DNA of 64,000 nucleotides from an uncultured Planctomycetota bacterium (GCA_963849325.1 CAWKHF010000002.1:704001-768000), one strand, 5' to 3'; counted from the stretch's first letter, positions 13,132-26,117 are shown. A program made the numbers and translations. The notes: a model not told the origin generated them from the letters alone.

Positions 13132-16100
13132 CTAGGGTCCGTCGATCGTGAAGTCCGCGTCCGAGAGCTTCAAGACCCTCCTGTCCAGACCAAACTTTCC
13201 AGTAGCCAACTTGGTGAACAGCGCATCGATCGTCGTCGTGATACCGGCGGGGGCGTTGGGATCCTTCTTGACGGTCCAGTCGGTCCTCTGGTTATTGTTC
13301 TGGTAGAGGGAGAATAAGATATCGCCATCTTTGAAGTTCGGGGCTCCGTACTTGTTAGGGGCCAAATGCACCGTCCCCAGGAAGGTTCCCTTGCCCACGT
13401 TGATTATCAACGTGGAACCGAACCCGCCTTCCTGGGCATGGACTTTGAACTTTTCGACCACCGCATCCGGGTTGGCCACGATGATTTGCGAGATGTAAGA
13501 ATCGGCTTTGATCGTCACGTTGTCCGGGATCGCATCCGTGGAACGAACTTGCCAGATACTGCCCTGCAACGCGGAAGTGCCGTCCGTCACCCGCGCAGTG
13601 AGGTTGCCAGCGACCTTTTTCGCGTTCACCTCATCGATATTGCCTCCCTCCGCCTCCACCGCGGCGGTCAGCACGCCGTTGGTTGCGCTGATCGGCTTGA
13701 TGCCGCCGTTGGTGCTGTGGATCGTCTGCAGGAAGATTGACTTCCCGCTCGTGATCGTAGCGATGGATTTTCCTTCGATCTTGCCTGCCACCTTCTGCGT
13801 CGGGCTCCCGCCGATGTCGCCGTCCACGTTGATGGTCTGAATGTCCCCCCCGGTCGTCCTCACCAGGCTGGTCACGTTCCCCCCTGGCAGCGTGAAATTG
13901 CCGTGGACCGTGATCGGGCCGCTTGGTCCCTTCCCGACGGTCACGTAACCGACGAAGTTCCCCGCCACCGTGATCGGTGTGCCGCTGCTGTTGCCTATCT
14001 GGACGCCGCTTGTCAGGTTTCCTCCCACGTTGATTAACTTGATGTCGCCGTCCGGGGTCTTAATCCCCCCAGCCAGGTCGCCCTTGAGGTCGATCTTGCC
14101 AATCCCCTCTGACGCGATGATATTATTCGCACTCAACGAGCCGGAACCCGTGAGGTTGCCGATCGACATTGCCTGGATGTTGCCGTCCTGCCCCCCATCC
14201 GGCGTAGCGACCACCGACAGCTTGTTATCGATCGTGAGTTGCTTGATGGTTCCGTCGGCGTGAAGCTGGCCCATCTTCCCCGGACTGTTGCCGGCGAACA
14301 CAATGGCATTCGCGAACCCGACGTGGATGAGCGATTGCGAGTTCTCCTTATTCACTACCAGCGTGCCGCGAATGTTGGGCGGATCGAACGCTCCTTCCAG
14401 GGTGAGGATGTCAAACGTACCGACATCACCCGCAATCGCTGCGCTGCTGAGGTTCCCGGCCACGAAGGTGCCGGGAATACCCCCAGCGCCTACCGACAGC
14501 ATCATCCCCGGACTGTTCATGTCCTGCAGCTCATCCGCATTGACCGTCGCCCAGATGCCGTCGCTCGCTGTCATGTACTGGATGCCGGTCAGCGAATCCA
14601 CCACTTGCGCGGCGCATCGCGCCCAGCGAACCCAAGGCCACCACGCTATTGATCGAATCCAGGCCCGTAATCGAACCCGTCAGGTTGTTAAAGGAAAGCT
14701 CGATCGCCTTGGTGCCCGTCAGCGCTCCGTTGACCGACGGACCCGTCACGCTGCCCAGGTCGCCCCTCGCCTCCGCCGAGACGGTGCTGCCCACGGGCAC
14801 GTCCACCTCGTCAATGTCGCCGCTGCCCACCGCCGCCGGCAACCCGTAGAGTTGCGTCGTCACCGTGAAGGTGACGTTCTGCACTCCCTCCGCCGCCCCC
14901 ACCGAGGCAATGGTGCCATTCGTGCTGATGACGTAGCTAACTCCCGAGGTATCCAGCGTGAACGTCAAGTTCGGCGCCGAGCCGTCGATGTAGTAGACGG
15001 GTTGGTTGGGGCTGAGCGTCGTCGAACCGCCGCCCCACGTCGCCGTCACCGAGCCGGGTCCCTGATTCTCAATCTCGACGGTCTCGTCCGTGGATGACTC
15101 CACATCGAAGCTGTAGCTGGACACCGAACTGGTCTGTCCCTGGCTGTCCTCGACGTAGCCCGTCAGGGTGTGCGAACCCGTGCTGATGTTGCTGGGAAGA
15201 TAGTAGACCGGCGACGAGCTGCTGGTATAGGGAGCGCCGTCGAGGCTGACGTAGTAGGCGAAGCCGGCCTGCGTGTCGGCCACGGACGGATCGCCGACGC
15301 CGGTGAACAGGATCGGCGCGCTGGCGTCGATTTGCGTGGCGCCGCCGGCGGCGCCGAAGGTAGTGACCGACGGCGGCACCGCCGTCACCGTCACGCTGGA
15401 CGTGGAATCCGTATAGCCGCCGCTGCCGTCCATGATGCGAATGACGGCGTTGTAGCTGCCATTCTGATCGTAGACGTGCGTGAAGCTGAGCGAACCATCC
15501 GGGTTGGTGGTCAGCTCGTCGGACGTGATCTCCTCGAACTGGCCGCTGCCATCCCAGTCGGCCAGGATGGTCGGCGTGTCGCCCGGCGTCTGATCGGTCA
15601 GGTTGGAAACCGTGAAGGTCACCGCCGAGCCTACCGGCGTCGAGCCGGAGTTGGTCACTGTGGCTGTCGGCGGCACGTCGGTCACCGTCACTGTCGTCGT
15701 CGCCAGGCTGGTCGCGCCCTCGGCGTCCGTCACCTGCAACGCTACCTCGTAGGTGCCCGGCGTGGTAAAGACGTGCGTCGGCGTCAACGTGCCGCCGGCG
15801 CTGCCGTCGGCGACGAAGTTCTGGCCGTCGTAGTCGAAGTCCCAATCGTAGCTGAGCGCGTCGCTGGCGCCGGCGGGCTTGCTGGCCGTGCCGCTGAACG
15901 AGACGGTGCTGCCCTGGGCCACTGTCTGGTCCGGCCCGGCATCGACCTGCGGCGCCACGTCGGCGACCGACACGTACAGCGTGCCGATGCTGGTGACGTT
16001 GTTGCTATCGGTCAGTTGCAGCGCCACCAGGTAGGTGCCCGGTGTCGTGAACACGTGCGCCGGCGTCAGCGTGCCCGCCGCCGACGGATCAGCGTTGAAA

Positions 16101-17753
16101 GTGCTGCCGTCGTAGTTGAAGTCCCATTGTGCCGTGCTCGGATCGACGGTGATGCCGGTGGCGTCCGTCCAGTTGCCCGAGAATGAAGCCGTGTCGCCCT
16201 CAGCCAATGCCTGATCCGGGCCGGCGTTGACCACCAGCGAATTCGACGGGTTGACCGTGACGTTGATCGTGCTCAGGCCGCTGACGCCGGCGCTGTCCGT
16301 CGCCTGCAACGCCACCACATAGGTGCCCGGCGTAGTGAAGACGTAATACGGATTGAGCGAGTTGGCCGAGCCGGGGTTGAAGTTCTGACCGTCGTAGTTG
16401 AAGTCCCAGGCGTAGGACAGTGGATCATCGGAGCCGCCCGGATCGCTGGCCGAGCCGTTGAACGACACCAGTTGGCCGGCCGTAACCGTCATGTCCGAGC
16501 CGGCACTGACCGTCGGCGTCACGGCATTGACCGTGAGGTTCATGGTGCTCAGGTTGGTCACGCCGTTGCTGTCGGTGACTTGCAGGGCCACCGTGTAGGT
16601 GCCCGGCGCGGTGAACTGCCAACTGGGTGTCAGCGTGCCCGTCACTTGCGAATTGAAGGTAACGCCGTCGTAGTTGAAGTCCCAGGCGATGCCGCTGCTG
16701 GGATCGACCGTGCCGTCCGGGTCGGTGTACGAGCCGCCGAACGTGTAGGTGTCGCCCTCGTTGACGGCCGCATCGGTCCCCGCGTTCGCCGTGGGACCGA
16801 CGTAGGGCGTCACCGTTACGTTGAGGACCGAGAGGTCGCTGGCCCCCGTACTGTCGGTGATTTGCAGGGCGACCTGGTAGCTGCCCGGCGTGCTGAACGA
16901 GACGGTCGGCGTCAAGGTGCCGGTGACGACGGGGTTGAAGGTGTCGCCGTCGTAGTTGGTGTCCCAGGCAATGTTGCTGGGATCGACCGTACCGCCGGGG
17001 TCGCTGTAACTGCCGGATAGGGTGACGCTCTGTCCGGGGGCGAGGGTCAGGTCGGGCCCGGCGTTGACGATGAGGGCGTCGCTGGGCTTGACGGTGACGG
17101 TGGTGACGTCCTGGCTGACGTTGCCGCCCTGGTCGGTCGCTTGCAGGGCCACCAAGTAGGTGCCGGCGGTGGCGTAAGTATGCGTCGGCGTCAGGTTGCC
17201 GTTGGCGGACGGGTCGGCCACGAAGTTCTGTCCGTCGTAGTTGAAGTCCCACTGGATGGAGGCGATGTCGGCGGTGCCGCCGGGATCGCTGACGCTGCCG
17301 TTGAAGGAGGCGGTATCGCCGGCGTGGATGGTCTGGCTCGGCCCGGCGTTGACGGTCGGCGGCACGTCGGTGATGTTGATGGTAGACGTGTCCGTGGCCG
17401 AGTCGGTGCCGTTGCTGACGATGAGGGTGACGGTGTAGGGAGTGCCGGGATTCGCTGGGGCGGCGTAGGCGTGGCTGACATCGGTGAGATCGACGCCGCT
17501 CTGGCTGGAGCCGTCGCCGAAGTTCCACTGGTAAGTCAGCAACGCGCCGGGGACATCGGTGCTGGCTTGCGCTGACAGGGCCATGGTCTGTCCTTCCAGG
17601 CCGGTGCTGGGTACCACGAAGGCATCGATGTTGACGGCCAGCAACTCACGCGATTCCAACTCTTCGAGGAACAAAAGAGTTGGAGGGGGGGGTAATGTGT
17701 CTTTTTTGTGGCTTTGCGGGCGGCGTGATGCGAGTCTTCAGCCAGGCAAACAT
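13132..17753 (-). CDS. Large exported PKD-repeat protein (frameshifts at about 17690 and 14600)
   Basis: AAGGAGG RBS and ATG at 17753; LFLEELESRELLA export motif; about 6 PKD repeats (VNAGPDQ...WDFNYDG...GTY.VALQ.TD); ORFs 14531-17674 and 13132-14604 overlap as one gene. Confidence 0.8.
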
Positions 17754-18117
17754 GGATGCCTCCTTGAGGTGACTCCGAGAGTCGGCCACGCCACGGCGTT
17801 GAGACGTGAGGTTGATTCTGTCAACGGCTGCGAGAAGGAGAACTCCTCCTGAATTCGCCCTCTTGTAGCATCTCGTTGACCTGGCTGCAACTAAAAAATG
17901 AAAAAATGTGAGATCGGCCCCCGGTCGTTCCGAACGCCTCCACGTGCTCGTCTAAGGCCAGAGTAAGCGGACCGGCGGCTCACCAGCGATAGCCGTACAT
18001 GAAACACAGGTCATCCGGCGATGCCACCGTTCCTGCTTTGCGGATAAAACCACCCGCGTAAAGGTGTGAATACGGCACGAACACGTTCTGGTGAAAGTCG
18101 AGAGGGAAGTGAACGAT

Positions 18118-18414
18118 CTAGCCGCCGGCAATGGCCCCGACGACGAAAAACGGCTCCGCCCCCGAGGCGACCGCGTCGGGCAGCGGGGCGTCCGGCCGTT
18201 CGTGGGATAGATCCTGCTCGCAGGCAAAGAACCGCACGAACGGTCGGCGCTGCCGTGTGACGCGATCGCGGATCGTCCCGCGCAGCATCGGATAACAGGC
18301 TTCCAGCGCGTCGAGGATCGAGCGCTGGGTGGCCGGCCCCTCGACGGCGAGTTTCACCTCGCCGTTGATGTGGGCCAGCGTCCGCAGATGGTGCGGGAGT
18401 TCGATTCGGATCAT
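18118..18414 (-). CDS. MoaD/ThiS family ubiquitin-like sulfur carrier
   Basis: 98 aa, ends AIAGG; overlaps the stop of the upstream gene. Confidence 0.88.
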   Translation of the reverse strand: MIRIELPHHLRTLAHINGEVKLAVEGPATQRSILDALEACYPMLRGTIRDRVTRQRRPFVRFFACEQDLSHERPDAPLPDAVASGAEPFFVVGAIAGG

Positions 18415-19526
18415 GGCAGGGTCTGGACCTCAACGGACACCACGGCGGGAAGATCGCGGACAATCGGTGCCCAGCTGTCCCCGGCATCGGCCGAGGCATA
18501 CACCTGCCCGCCGGTGGTGCCGAAATACACGCCGCACGAATCGAGCGAATCCACGGCCATCGCGTCGCGCAACACGTTGACGTAGCAGTCGCGTTGCGGC
18601 AGACCTTTGGCGAGCGGCTCCCACTCGTGTCCGCCCGTGCGGCTGCGGTAGACGCGCAGCTTGCCCTCCGGCGGATAGTGCTCCGAGTCGCTCTTGATCG
18701 GCACGACGTAGAGGGTGTCCGGTTCGTGCGCGTGAACGTCGATGGTGAACCCGAAGTCGGTCGGCAAATTCCCGCTGACCTCGTGCCACGAATCGCCGGC
18801 GTCGTCGCTGCGCATGACGTCCCAGTGCTTCTGCATGAACAACACACCCGGACGCGAACGGTGCTTGGCGATGCGGTGAACGCAGTGGCCGACCTCGGCG
18901 TTGGGATCGGGGATGTACTGAGACTTCAGTCCCCGGTTGATTGGCCGCCACGTCTGGCCAGCGTCGTCAGTCCGAAAGGCGCCCGCCGCCGAAATGGCGA
19001 TGAAGATCCGCCCCGGATCGCTCGGATCGAGAAGGATCGTGTGCAGGCACATCCCACCGGCTCCGGGCTGCCAGCGCGGCCCGGAGCCGTGGCCGCGCAG
19101 GCCCGGTAGCTCCTGCCACGTCTGTCCGCCGTCGCGGGAGCGGAACAAGGCGGCATCTTCAACCCCGGCGTAGACGAGATCCGGATCGGTCAGCGACGGT
19201 TCCAAATGCCAAACTCGTTTGAACTCCCAGGGATGCGGTGTCCCATCGTACCATTGGTGCGTGCCGGGGACTCCGTCGTAGACGAACTGGTTGCCCACCG
19301 GCTCCCACGTCTTGCCGCCGTCGTTGGAGCGCTGAATCAGCTGCCCGAACCAGCCGCTGGACTGCGAAGCATACAGACGGTTGGGATCGACGGGTGAGCC
19401 TTTCAGATGATAGATCTCCCAGCCCCCGAAGTGGGGGCCGTTGACCTCCCAGCGTTCGCGCTGACCATCCGATGTCAGGATGAACGCACCCTTGCGTGTA
19501 CCCACCAGGACCCGAACTCCACTCAT
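18411..19526 (-). CDS. BNR/Asp-box (sialidase-like) beta-propeller protein
   Basis: [10 protein letters not shown] start; repeated S.DGG.TW Asp boxes. Confidence 0.88.
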   Translation of the reverse strand: MSGVRVLVGTRKGAFILTSDGQRERWEVNGPHFGGWEIYHLKGSPVDPNRLYASQSSGWFGQLIQRSNDGGKTWEPVGNQFVYDGVPGTHQWYDGTPHPWEFKRVWHLEPSLTDPDLVYAGVEDAALFRSRDGGQTWQELPGLRGHGSGPRWQPGAGGMCLHTILLDPSDPGRIFIAISAAGAFRTDDAGQTWRPINRGLKSQYIPDPNAEVGHCVHRIAKHRSRPGVLFMQKHWDVMRSDDAGDSWHEVSGNLPTDFGFTIDVHAHEPDTLYVVPIKSDSEHYPPEGKLRVYRSRTGGHEWEPLAKGLPQRDCYVNVLRDAMAVDSLDSCGVYFGTTGGQVYASADAGDSWAPIVRDLPAVVSVEVQTLP

Positions 19527-19710
19527 CCTTTCCTCCTTTCTGAGTTACCGGAGATGTTCACCGTCGAACATCTCGCTCCCTTTCGCACGGATGGGGAAGG
19601 ATGTTACCGCAGACGGGTCGTCCGGTCGAGGTCGGTAGTTTCGCAGCCGTTCGCGGGACCGTCGCGGCTCGAAGGGCCGCGGCGAAACGGAAGGTGTCCG
19701 GGGCGCGTCG

Positions 19711-21000
19711 TTAGTAACGATACATGAGGCTGACACTCAACCAATGTGCCTGCGCTCCCACCTGGCTATTATTAAAGTCTCCCCCCACGAGGGCGCTCTG
19801 TCCAACCGCCTGTTCATTGCCGAACGAGTATTGGTAGGCGAGGTTGACGGCCCAATTATTCCACTGCTTGCCATAACCTGCCGAAACGGCTTGATTCAAG
19901 ATCGCTGGAATGTAGGGAGTTAGCGTCTGGTTGGGGACCGGCTGAGGATGATAAATATAACCGAGACGTACAACCTGAGTCTGACCAAAATAGTATTCGT
20001 AGCCCAGACGAACCGAGACGCTGCTATACCAGTTCAGGGGAAAGTTGTCCCGAATCGTGGGTCCGGCCAGCATGGGGATAAGGGGGTTGCTGCTGTCGCT
20101 CAGCCGCAGGCCGACATTATTGAAGGCGTCCGACCAGTCAAACCACATGACTTGGAGCATGGCGCGGTGCTGCCCCTCCTCGCCGAAGGCGTGGACGAAC
20201 CCTCCCGACAACGAACGAGGCAAGGTGATATCGACATCGGCGTCGAAACGACTGGAAATCGTTACGGGCAGGACCTTCTCGACATCGACCGAGGCGTTGC
20301 CATGCAAATTATAGCGCGTCTGGGCGATGTAAGACAGGCCGAGCATCGTCCGTTCGCCAAGAAGATATTGCAGACCCACCGACCAGGCGGGGGTGACACC
20401 GGTGGCATGGAGGTCGAGCAGGGTCGAGACCCCGCGCAAGGTGCCGCTCTGGACAACAAAAGGACCATCGAGCTGGGCGTAGGTCACTCCCAGCCCACAG
20501 GTCCCACCCACCGAAAGCCGATCCGTGACTCGATATGCGAACCCCGGGAGGATGTCGGTAACGGCGGCAAACGACTTGTACTGCTGCGCTCCCAGAAGCG
20601 GGCTATTGATTTGCCAGTCGGTGCCGAAGCCCGCCGGGGCGAACACCCCTATGCCGTAGGCGAAATCGCCGCCCTCACTCCGTTGAATGAGCGAGAAAAA
20701 CGGCAGGGCCAACGGCGTCTCGCCGCTGTGGACGTGACTATTCTGCGGACTGCTGTAATCCAGATCGGTGAACAGTCCGTCCACGCCCACTTCGTAGAGA
20801 CCCTTGCCCTCGACATTGGCCATGCCGGCGGGGTTGTCGTAGAGGATGACGCCGTTGTCGAAGCTGGCCACGTTGTTGCCGCCGCGACCGATGGGGACCG
20901 CGCCGATGCCATCGCGCTCGACGCCATCGGCCCACGCCGGCCTGACGCTGAGAGCGAGCAGGCATCCGAGGCCCAAGCATAGACCGATCCTGGATTTCAT
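19711..21000 (-). CDS. OmpP1/FadL family outer-membrane channel for hydrophobic compounds
   Basis: Signal peptide MKSRIG...AWA; IGRGG..A; YDNPAGM (NPA hatch motif); YGIGVFAPAGFGTDW; C-terminal aromatic YRY. Confidence 0.87.
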   Translation of the reverse strand: MKSRIGLCLGLGCLLALSVRPAWADGVERDGIGAVPIGRGGNNVASFDNGVILYDNPAGMANVEGKGLYEVGVDGLFTDLDYSSPQNSHVHSGETPLALPFFSLIQRSEGGDFAYGIGVFAPAGFGTDWQINSPLLGAQQYKSFAAVTDILPGFAYRVTDRLSVGGTCGLGVTYAQLDGPFVVQSGTLRGVSTLLDLHATGVTPAWSVGLQYLLGERTMLGLSYIAQTRYNLHGNASVDVEKVLPVTISSRFDADVDITLPRSLSGGFVHAFGEEGQHRAMLQVMWFDWSDAFNNVGLRLSDSSNPLIPMLAGPTIRDNFPLNWYSSVSVRLGYEYYFGQTQVVRLGYIYHPQPVPNQTLTPYIPAILNQAVSAGYGKQWNNWAVNLAYQYSFGNEQAVGQSALVGGDFNNSQVGAQAHWLSVSLMYRY

Positions 21001-21256
21001 GGCTGGATCCCTGACGTCCTTGTCCCGTGGAGCCATTGCACTGCGAACCATCCTCCGCCAACGAGTTCGTCCTTTTCCGATTGTACCGTCTCTACCTCAC
21101 GTATCGAATGGAGGACCGCGCCGCTGGATTTCTCTCATCTCCTAATCGTCATTCCTCCTACATCCGGCCCAGCAGAAACGGAGAAGTCGATGGAATCGGT
21201 AAGGTCATCCCATGCGTAGGTTGCCCAAGATACCCAGTTGATTTCGGACGAGGAGG

Positions 21257-22177
21257 TCAGCGCAGGACATGCGGCAAAGGGAAATGGACTTCTTCCCGGC
21301 GCAGGGTGCGTTCCTCGACCTCGGCATCGAATCGCGCACGCAGCCAGTCCAGACATTGCGTCACCAGGAATTCGGGCGCGCTGGCCCCTGCCGTAAGCAC
21401 CACGGTCTCTGCCCCGTCGAACCAGGCCGGGTCGATGTCGCGGACGTCGTCGATCAGGTAGGAGGACGCTCCATATTCGCGGGCCACCTCCGTCAGACGG
21501 AGAGAATTGGAGCTATTGCGGCTGCCGACCACCAGGACGAGGTCGGCCTCGCGGGCCAGCGTTCGCAACACTTCTTGGCGGTTCTGGGTGGCGTAGCAAA
21601 TGTCTTCGTTGGCCGGAGCGACGATGTGGGGGAATCGGCGCCGCAGGGCCTCGATCACGCGGTTGGCGTCATCGACGCTCAGGGTGGTCTGGGTGAGATA
21701 AGCGACCGGGGTCGTCTCGGAGAGGGGCAGACTCCTCACGTCCTCCGGCGTTTCCACCAGATGAATACGGCCGGGAGCTTCGCCAAGTACGCCAACAATC
21801 TCGTCGTGCCCGGCGTGACCGATGAGAACGAGAGTGTAGCCCTGCTGCGCCAGGCGCACGGCCTGAAGATGGACCTTCGCCACCAGGGGGCAAGTGGCAT
21901 CGATGGCTCGCAGTTGTCTCCGCCGGGCCGCGTCGCGGACCTCCGGCGCGACGCCATGCGCGCTGTACAACAGGGTGGCCCCCGATGGCACGTCCTCGAC
22001 GGAATCGACGAAGACCACTCCGCGCCGGCGGAACCCTTCGACCAAATGCCGATTGTGGACGATCTCGTGAAAGACGTACAACGGCGGCCCGAACAGCTCG
22101 AGCGCTCGTTCCAGACTTTTCACCGCCATCACCACGCCGGCACAGAAGCCGTGAGGGTTGGCCAAGAGGATCTTCAT
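21257..22177 (-). CDS. ispH: 4-hydroxy-3-methylbut-2-enyl diphosphate reductase
   Basis: GFCAGV, HEIVHN, SAHGV, DATCPLV, TQTTLS, ICYATQNRQ, SSNS, TAGASAP; AAGGAG RBS. Confidence 0.97.
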   Translation of the reverse strand: MKILLANPHGFCAGVVMAVKSLERALELFGPPLYVFHEIVHNRHLVEGFRRRGVVFVDSVEDVPSGATLLYSAHGVAPEVRDAARRRQLRAIDATCPLVAKVHLQAVRLAQQGYTLVLIGHAGHDEIVGVLGEAPGRIHLVETPEDVRSLPLSETTPVAYLTQTTLSVDDANRVIEALRRRFPHIVAPANEDICYATQNRQEVLRTLAREADLVLVVGSRNSSNSLRLTEVAREYGASSYLIDDVRDIDPAWFDGAETVVLTAGASAPEFLVTQCLDWLRARFDAEVEERTLRREEVHFPLPHVLR

Positions 22178-22204
22178 CGCTCGCGTCTCCTTCAGCAAGA
22201 AATC

Positions 22205-22322
22205 AACCACGGATGAACACAGATAAACACAGATAAGAGAAAAAACAAAAAGACTTGGATTGGCTTTTTCTCTTATACTTCTTCTCTTTCTTATCCGTGT
22301 TTATCTGCGTTCATCCGTGGTT
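22205..22322. mobile_element. MITE-like element, family C (inverted ends made of CAC(G/A)GAT(G/A)AA subrepeats)
   Basis: AACCACGGATGAACACAGATAAACACAGATAAGA...TCTTATCCGTGTTTATCTGCGTTCATCCGTGGTT around an AT-rich core. Confidence 0.7.
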
Positions 22323-23357
22323 CATTTTTCCGGCAAGTTGCTTGGACGGTTCCACTGCCTGTTGGGCCAGTCCTTTCCGCAGGGCCAGGAAGCGCTCTTC
22401 GCAACGGCAGAACGCCGCGACGACGGCCGGGTCGAAATGACCGCCGGACTCTCGGATGATAATGGAGCGGGCCACCTCATGGCTGAACGCCTCTTTGTAG
22501 ACCCGTTTGGACGTGAGAGCGTCGTAGACATCGGCCAGGGCGGCAATCCGTCCACAGAGGGGGATCTCCAGACCGGACTTGCCGCGCGGATAGCCCGTCC
22601 CATCGAAGTGTTCGTGATGCGTCAGGGCGATGTCGCGCGCCATGCGCAGGAACTTGCGCGCGGATGTTGGCGCAACGCGGCGTGGAGGGTACGGGCCCCG
22701 ATCAGCGTATGCTTTTTCATGATGGCGAATTCGCTGTCACTGAGTTGGCCCGGCTTGAGCAAGATGTTATCGGGGATGCCAACCTTGCCGATGTCGTGCA
22801 GGGGGCTGACCTGGTAGATCAGGCGGATGAACTCGGGAGTAATCTGGCCGGCGAAGTCCGGTTGCCCGGACAGATCCTGGGCGAGGATGCGGCAGTAGTT
22901 GCGCATGCGCTCCAGATGTGCCCCGGTCTCCCAATCGCGCGACTCGGCCAATTTGGCCAGGGCGAACAGGGCCAGATCGCGCGTCTCCAGCGACAGGATG
23001 CGCTCGCCGGCGCCGATGCGCACACGCAGCTCGGCGGGGTTGAACGGCTTGATGATGAAGTCGTCGGCTCCGGCCGACAATCCTTCGAACGATGTCCGTA
23101 TCCTGATCGCGGGCCGTCAAGAGGATGAAATAGATGTAGGAGGGAAAGTCGCCGGCGCGAATCTCGCGGCACAGTTGCAAACCGTCCATCTCCGGCATGC
23201 TCCAGTCGGAGATGACCATCTGGTACGTCCCGCCGCGCAAGATCTCCAGGGCCTCGCGTCCGTCACAAGCGAGCCGGACTTTATACCCGCTCTCCTTGAG
23301 CAGGTAGCTCAGCAGTCCGCGAATAATGTCATCATCATCGACAACCAGGATGCGCAT
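22311..23357 (-). CDS. Response regulator with REC and HD-GYP domains (RpfG-like cyclic-dinucleotide phosphodiesterase); frameshifts at about 23085 and 22655
   Basis: MRILVVDDD, DWSMPEMDG, GADDFIIKPF, ETGAHLER, LHDIGKVGIPD, HHEHFDGTGYP, ADVYDAL. Confidence 0.88.
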
Positions 23358-23390
23358 GGTGCCCTCGTGTTGATCAGGTCTGTGCTTCGT

Positions 23391-26091
23391 TTAGCCTACC
23401 GGGGCCGGCGTTACGGCCCGCGGATCGAACTGGAGAATCCGCTGGCATTCCTCGCGCACGGCCGAGAGGCCGTGCCGGGCTCCGACCAGATCGGAAGCCT
23501 TGGCGAGCATCTCCAATCGGGCCGCCGCGGCCTGGAGACCCTCGGCCGAAAGGCTGGCCGCCGCCCCTTTGAGGCTGTGCGCCAGCAGGGCGAGCTTGCT
23601 GCTTTCTCCCAGAGCGAGGCTCTGCTCAATCTGCCGCAGGTCTTCCGGCAGCCGTTTCTGGAACTTGGCCACCGTCCGTTCCAGCACGTTGGGGTTGCCC
23701 AGGCAGCGCCGGAGCAGATCCTTCAGGTTTAACGGTACGCTGCTCAACGTCCTCGTTTCGCCGCCGGAATGGGCCGGCTGCCCGGTCGCCGTGGTCGTCT
23801 CGGTGGCGGACAGATGGACCTCCACCGCCTGGATCACCTGCTCCGGATAGAACGGCTTACTCAAGTAACCCGTCATCCCGGCGCGCAGACAGGCTTCCCG
23901 ATCGCCGGTCAGGGCGTTGGCCGTCAGGGCGATGATGGGCAGCGGGCTAGTCCTCCGCCCAGCCAGAAGCCCGGCCTGTTCCTTCTCCCGGATTAACTGG
24001 GTCGCTTGCAATCCGTCCATCTCCGGCATATGGCAATCCATGAGCACCAGGTCGTAGGCTTGTTCCAGCAGCGCCTGCACGGCGAGCTTGCCGTTGCCGA
24101 CGATTTCGCAATCGAAGTGGGCATCGCGGAGGATCTCCGCCACCAGATCCTGGTTGACCTCGTTGTCCTCGGCCAGGAGAATGCGTGCCCGCTTTCGACC
24201 GGCTTCGGCCAACGGCCGGCGTATGCCAGTTGATGGACTCTCCGCCAGCCGGCTGACGCCGACGGTTCCCCCTCCGCCCTCCACTCGATCGCCGTTGGCG
24301 GTCAGACCCTTGAGAACAACCTCCAGCAGATGCGATTGCTGGACCGGCTTGGTGAGGCAATCGGCGAAGCCGGCCGCCTCCAGGCGGCCCTCATCGAGCG
24401 GTTCGCCCAGATAGCTCAGCAATAACAGCGTCGTTCGAGCCAGGGCGGCATCGGCCTTGATGGCCCGAGCCAGCTGTTCGCCATCCATCCCCGGCATCTG
24501 GAAGTCGAGAATGGCCAGCCGGAACGGCTCGCCGGCACGGACGGCCTCCCGCAAGGCCGACAGGGCACTGGACCCGTCGGCCACGGTTTGCACCTTGAAG
24601 CCCCAAGCCCGCAGCTGCTGCTCCACGATCTCGCGGCAGGTCGCATTGTCGTCCACGACCAGGATGCGCAGTGCCGCGCACGTTCGAGGCGAGGATACGA
24701 GCTTCCTTGGTCCCGCGCGGCGGCTTTTCCAGGACCATGGTGCACCAGAAGGTCGAACCTCGTCCGGGTACGCTCTCCACCCCGATTTGCCCACCCATCA
24801 GGGTGCAGAGGTGCTTGGAGATGGCCAGGCCCAGGCCGGTGCCCCCGTAACGCCGTGTCGTCGAGGAATCCACCTGCGAGAAGGAATGGAAGAGCCGATC
24901 CATCCGCTCGGGAGCGATGCCGATGCCGGTATCGGTGACGCGGAACCGCACTGTCAGATTTCGCTCGCTCTGCTGCTCCAGCGTCGCGCGGATGACGACC
25001 TCGCCCCGCTCCGTGAATTTGACGGCGTTGCTGGCCAGGTTCGCCAGGACCTGCTGGAGCCGGTTGGGATCGCCGCGCAGCCGCGGCGGGATGTCCATCT
25101 GGACCGAACAGGCCAGTTCCAACCCTTTGCGGCGCGCCTGGGGAGTGACCAGCTCCGCCACGCTACCGACGACGTGGCGAAAGTCGAAGTCGATGGTTTC
25201 CAGTTCCAGTTTGCCCGCTTCGATCTTGGAGAAGTCGAGGATGTCGTTGATCAGACGCAACAGAACCTCGGCGGAGCTGTGGGCGGTGCGGGCGTAGCGC
25301 CGCTGCTGGCCATCCAGGTTGGTGTTCAAGAGCAGATGGGTCATTCCCAGCACGCCGTTGAGCGGCGTGCGCAGCTCGTGGGACATGGTGGCCAGGAACT
25401 GGCTCTTGGCCTGGTTGGCCGACTCGGCGCTCTCGCGGGCCGACTCCAGCAGCGACGACTTGCGGGCCAGTTCCGCCGCCTGCGCTTCCAGGGCGTTCTT
25501 GGCCTGCAACAACTCGACGTTATAGCGCTGCAATTCCTCCTCGGCCCGCGTCAGCTCCAGTACCTTCCGCTCCAGCATTTCCAGCGAGTGCTGAACCGAC
25601 TTGCCCAGCTCGACCTTTTCGGCCATCGATTGGGCCAACTGCAAGACCTCGATGGCGTCGAACGGCTTTTTCAGGATCAAGAGGTTGCCGGTCTTGCCCA
25701 GCTGGATGGCGATCTCTTTCCAGTCGTAATCGGAGAAGGCGGTGCAGACGACGCAGGGCAATCCCGGCAGGTGCTTCCACAGTCGCTTGATGGTCTGGAT
25801 GCCGTCGATGCCGGGCGGCATGCGGACGTCCACGAAGGCCATGTAATAGGGTTGGCCCTGGCGAGCGGCCTCCACGGCCAGGGCGATGCCCTCCTCGCCC
25901 TGGTACGCCGAGTCGATCTGGACTTGCAGCTGGACATCCGGCTTGAGGGCCGTCCCGTTGTGCGAGCCGAACAGGTCCGCCTCCAGGTCGTCCAGCTCGG
26001 CCTTGCGGCCGGCGGAATCGAACACCTTGCGGAAGTCCGCATGGATGTCCTTGTTATCGTCAATGATCAGGATTCGGTTGACACAGGTCAT
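23391..26091 (-). CDS. Cytoplasmic hybrid histidine kinase REC-HisKA-HATPase-REC-REC-HPt; frameshift at about 24700
   Basis: [60 protein letters not shown]. Confidence 0.9.
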
Positions 26092-26117
26092 CGTCTAGCT
26101 CCGTTGCTCAAAAAGAC

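Noticed and set aside
17897-18110. Intergenic segment resembling a decayed attC or other repeat
   Set aside because: No matching second arm found and no second copy in the window.
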